From NCBI GenBank assembly GCA_002269645.1, contig NIVC01000695.1:62001-126000 (forward strand): a DNA stretch of 64,000 bases, given 5' to 3'. The DNA comes from Macrostomum lignano (lineage: Eukaryota). How positions within the stretch are numbered: position 1 is the first letter of the stretch; each line of letters begins with the position of its first letter. The position numbers and the translations under genes were made by a program. Below are positions 60,266-64,000 of this stretch, in pieces. The notes beneath the pieces were generated by a model, which was given only the letters and a program-made list of their open reading frames with translations, ran no database searches and was not told the DNA's origin.

Positions 60266-63200
60266 TCAATCGATAAACAGGGCATCGATCAGCTGATCGC
60301 TAGCCACACTAGGCACTGTCAGCTGCATCTGACCGTCTGGCCACTCAGCCTGAGCCCTGCCAGCTGCCAGCCTGGCCAGCGGGTGCCCGGACCAGCAGCG
60401 CCTGGCGATCCCATTGCTGACATCCCAGTGCAGAACCCGCTTGGCTGCCTCCCCAGCCTCCTGACTGCCGTCCAGCACCAAACCGAAGCCGCCATTGACC
60501 GCCTGACCCCAGCCGGTGCCGCCGCCATTGTGCAGCGCAACCCAGGTGGCACCGCGGCAAGCGTCGCCCAGGGCATTGTGCACGGCCATATCGGCGCACA
60601 CAGCCGAGCCGTCATACACATTGCTAGTCTCTCGGAACGGACTGTCCGTACCGGACACGTCGTGATGATCCCGACTGAGCACCACAGGACCGGACAGCCG
60701 GCCGTCGCTAACGGCACAGTTGAAAGCATTGGCCAAAGCCAGCCTGCCAGACAGATCGGAGTACAATATCCGGGCTTGAGACCCGACCACCAGCTGATGC
60801 GAATCGGCCTCTATAATCCAGCGCCGATTGTCCAGATACTGTTGCGCAATGCACTCGGGCAGGCTGGGCTCACTGGCGAGCGAGTCCAGGACCTCGCTAG
60901 CCAGCCTGTCGGTCAGCTTGAGATCGGCGGCCAAGCCAGAGGCGCAGACCCATCTGAACGGGCCAAATCCCAGCGAGAAAATGTCGCCCATGATGTCCTG
61001 CACGTAGGATGGATAGCGAAAGCTTGGCGGCCTGCTGCTGGATGACGACTCGCTCTCGTCCAGTTGCTCGTCGTCCTTGTCGTCAACTCCGACATCCTTG
61101 ACGGCAAGGACGTCCGCCCCAGCACGAGACGCTTGCAATAGAAACGCGTTGCCGTAGTCGAAAAAGTACACGCTGCACTTTTCGCTTAGATAATTGATGG
61201 CTTCGATTTGACGACGTAAGCTGGCTTCGACAAGTAAGCGGAACTGATCCGGCTGGCTGTCCATCATGCGTCTGCGGATGGGGGGTTGGTGATGCTTGCG
61301 ATGATGAACAAAGCCAAACAATGTGCATTGGTTGCGCAACCGAAAACACACTAATTTTGGGTGCGCGTAAGCAATGTTAACTTGATTGTTTGCATTGTGT
61401 ACACAGTTCATGTGCTTTACATGTACAGTAGATTTTGTACATATTCATGTGCTGAATACACATTTAACGCAATAATTCTTACCTGGCCTCCTCGTACTCG
61501 ACTCCCACCGGGTAGTAACCGCCCAGAAACGGATTGTGGCAGGAAGTCTGATCCGATCCCAGATCAACCAGGCACTCCCCCGTGGTCACGTGCACTTCAA
61601 CCAGGCGTTCCCAAACGTCAACCACGTTGCCACGGTAACCGATTGATACACCTTTACCAGCAGCTCGATGCCGTTTAATCCGCTCGATCAGATCGTCCAA
61701 ACTGTCCGAGCGCTCGTCCAGCCAGCCCTGACGATGCCGTTTGGCCAGGGCCTCCTCGGACACCTCGGCAATGACGCCAACGCAGCCGCAGATAGCGGCG
61801 GCTTTAGCCTGAGCGCCGCTCATGCCGCCAAGGCCGCTGCTGACAAAAACTCGGCCAGCCAACAATGAACTGTCTGAATTGGCTGCTTGGCCTCCTCCGG
61901 TAGTTGAAAGCATTCGACGTCCGGCGTTTAACAACGTCAATGTGGTGCCGTGAACGATACCCTGAATTGCAAGGATATGATTGAAAAAATATCGTAGGGG
62001 CTAGATTAGCTACTGACATCAGTAGAGCATAAGAAATATCATTACTGTTATTAGGGACATTTCTACGAGCTTAGCAGTTTTATATTAATGAATTCATTTA
62101 AGATTAAAGTAGCGAAAAATATAACAAACTATTAGATCACGTGATGCAAATCTAGTCACGTGATAAACCCTTACTGAGATGATATGTCACGTGATAAAAT
62201 TTATGGACAATGAAGGTTACGCGATAAAATCTAATGACAGGATAGGTCACGTGATAAAATCTAGTGGACAAGATAAATCACATGATGAAATCTAGTGAAC
62301 GATATCACCGTGAACGATACCCTGAATTGCAAGGATATGATTGAAAAAATATCGTAGGGGCTAGATTAGCTACTGACATCAGTAGAGCATAAGAAATATC
62401 ATTACTGTTATTAGGGACATTTCTACGAGCTTAGCAGTTTTATATTAATGAATTCATTTAAGATTAAAGTAGCGAAAAATATAACAAACTATTAGATCAC
62501 GTGATGCAAATCTAGTCACGTGATAAACCCTTACTGAGATGATATGTCACGTGATAAAATTTATGGACAATGAAGGTTACGCGATAAAATCTAATGACAG
62601 GATAGGTCACGTGATAAAATCTAGTGGACAAGATAAATCACATGATGAAATCTAGTGGACAAGATAAGTCACGTGATAAAATCTAGTGGACAAGATAGGT
62701 CACGTGATAAAATCTACTGACAAGAGAGGTCACGTGATAAAATCTAGTGGACAAGATAAATCACATGATGAAATCTACCATGCGATAGGTCATGAGATAA
62801 AACCTACTGACAAGATAGGTCACGTGATCAAATCTAATAACAGGACAGGTCACGTGACAAACCCATACGCAGATCACGCGAATATCAGTATTACTAATAC
62901 ACAATACTAATATTAATACACAATAAGCACACCTGTAACAGTCAGCGCATCTCCTCACCTGTGGTCCAATATAGCAGAAGCTGCCCGCAGTCATCTGACC
63001 GTACTGGGTGACCCCCAAGGCGAACAGTCTCTCGTAGCCAGCCGCAGTTGAGTAGTTCGGCACCATCATACCATTGGTGACAATCATCCTTGGCGACTGC
63101 GGGCCGCTAGGAAACAGACCCATAGGATGGCCGCTGTGCAGTGTTAGCGTACTCTGCTCGGTCAGCTCGGCTAGATACCGCATAGCAACCCAAAATTGGG

Positions 63201-63645
63201 CCCAATTAGAGAACACCTGACCATTGCCGCCATACGTGACAAGCTCTTCGGGGAATTGAGCCACTGCCGGGTCTAAATTATTGCAGATCATTAGCATAAT
63301 GACGCGACCAGCCAAGCTCTTGCCCGGATACAGCTGAACAGGGTAGGCCCTAATGGGGAACCTGGGCTTGAACCGGTACATATAAATATGCCCGTATTTG
63401 GTCAGCTCGGCGGCAAACTCGCCAGCCAGAAGGCTGTGCAGCTCGGCTGGGAAATAGCGCAGCGCGTTGCGTACGGCCAGGCGTTTGTCCCGACGGTTCA
63501 GACGGTTGCCACGGCGGACTGGAGCATGGGGCAGGCTTGGGTCGGGCTCGTATGGAGGCGGCAGCGGTGACAGTGGCAGACCGTCGGCTAGACAAGACAG
63601 ATGCCGATCGTCAACGGAAGACTCCGCCTCTTTCGTAGTTGACAT
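60266..63645 (-). CDS. UROC1: Urocanate hydratase (urocanase), eukaryotic type, complete, 3 exons, 723 aa
   Basis: Exons 63645-62959, 61961-61483 and 61271-60266 join in frame (2172 nt). Motifs LAVRNALRYFP, AQFPEELVTYGGNGQ, YGQMTAGSFCYIGPQ|GIVHGT, SSGLGGMSGAQAKA, SDQTSCHNP, YPSYVQDIMG..GFGPFRWVC, RDHHDVSG, HNGGGTGWG. Confidence 0.98.
61949..62660. repeat. 360-bp tandem duplication that includes the UROC1 exon-2 acceptor
   Basis: 61949-62296 is repeated at 62309-62656 with an exact offset of 360. Confidence 0.96.
62130..62880. repeat. About 30-bp minisatellite rich in TCACGTGA palindromes, in UROC1 intron 1
   Basis: Unit about GGTCACGTGATAAAATCTAGTGGACAAGATA; 13 exact TCACGTGA counted. Confidence 0.93.
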
Positions 63646-64000
63646 TTTGTTGCTGTGCTGTTTGTGTTTCCGCTTTTCCAACGCAGCAATTCAGATTATA
63701 TTGTGTATATATGCGTGTGTATGAATATGCAACGCAGGGGACAGAGAGAGGAGACACGCAGAAGAGAGTGAATAAGATTAGATCGTAGAAGCTTTTATTA
63801 AATCCGACAAACACACCACACCCCCTCCGCACATTTGCTACCCTGGACTGGGGCATTGGGTAAGACAGGCACGCGATCCAAACCATGTGTTTTTGGCTAA
63901 AGTCAAGACCTGCCCTCTCAAGCGGCGTGTGCATTTCTGCTTCTGTCGATCGATCATTATCGGAATCGATTATTTAATGCCCCCCGTTCAACTGACAACA

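Noticed and set aside
60245-61045. 266-aa plus-strand ORF
   Set aside because: Antisense shadow of the GC-rich UROC1 exon 3
60266-63645. Bacterial hutU horizontal transfer or contamination
   Set aside because: Has two GT-AG introns and the eukaryote-type N-terminal extension (LAVRNALRYFP region), and is embedded in metazoan sequence
63646-63681. ORF-track start at 63681 for UROC1
   Set aside because: That codon is TTG; the first ATG is at 63645 (MSTTKEA)

Overview
Eukaryotic (metazoan) genomic DNA. The spliced, GC-rich exons and very repeat-rich introns are reminiscent of the flatworm Macrostomum, but that is an unverified impression. The left half (1-33 kb) is a stack of nested transposable elements behind a 23-bp satellite. 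It holds two decayed related Ty3/Gypsy integrase elements (one followed by an accessory ORF and a Thr-rich env-like relic) and a CACTA-type transposase relic. A very young, full-length Mag-like Gypsy element sits inside one integrase (140/142-bp LTRs, CCTAG TSD, tRNA-Leu PBS, PPT). There is also a cecropia-type mariner, a Merlin-like MITE, and an Ingi-type LINE carrying a candidate 5' HDV-like ribozyme, a 2A peptide, a PHD finger, RT and RNase H. A MULE transposase is interrupted by a THAP-bearing P-like element. The right half (34-64 kb) has three minus-strand host genes: an EGF-EGF-NIDO-AMOP-VWD (MUC4/SUSD2/Mesh-like) surface protein, the stalk plus WD40 half of a KIF21 kinesin whose motor exons are not in the window, and a complete 3-exon urocanate hydratase (UROC1) lying where the KIF21 motor exons would be expected. 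Most KIF21 introns, and one intron each in the other two genes, carry a different tandem repeat. No CRISPR, rRNA or tRNA genes were seen. All family assignments come from motif recognition by eye, not database searches.
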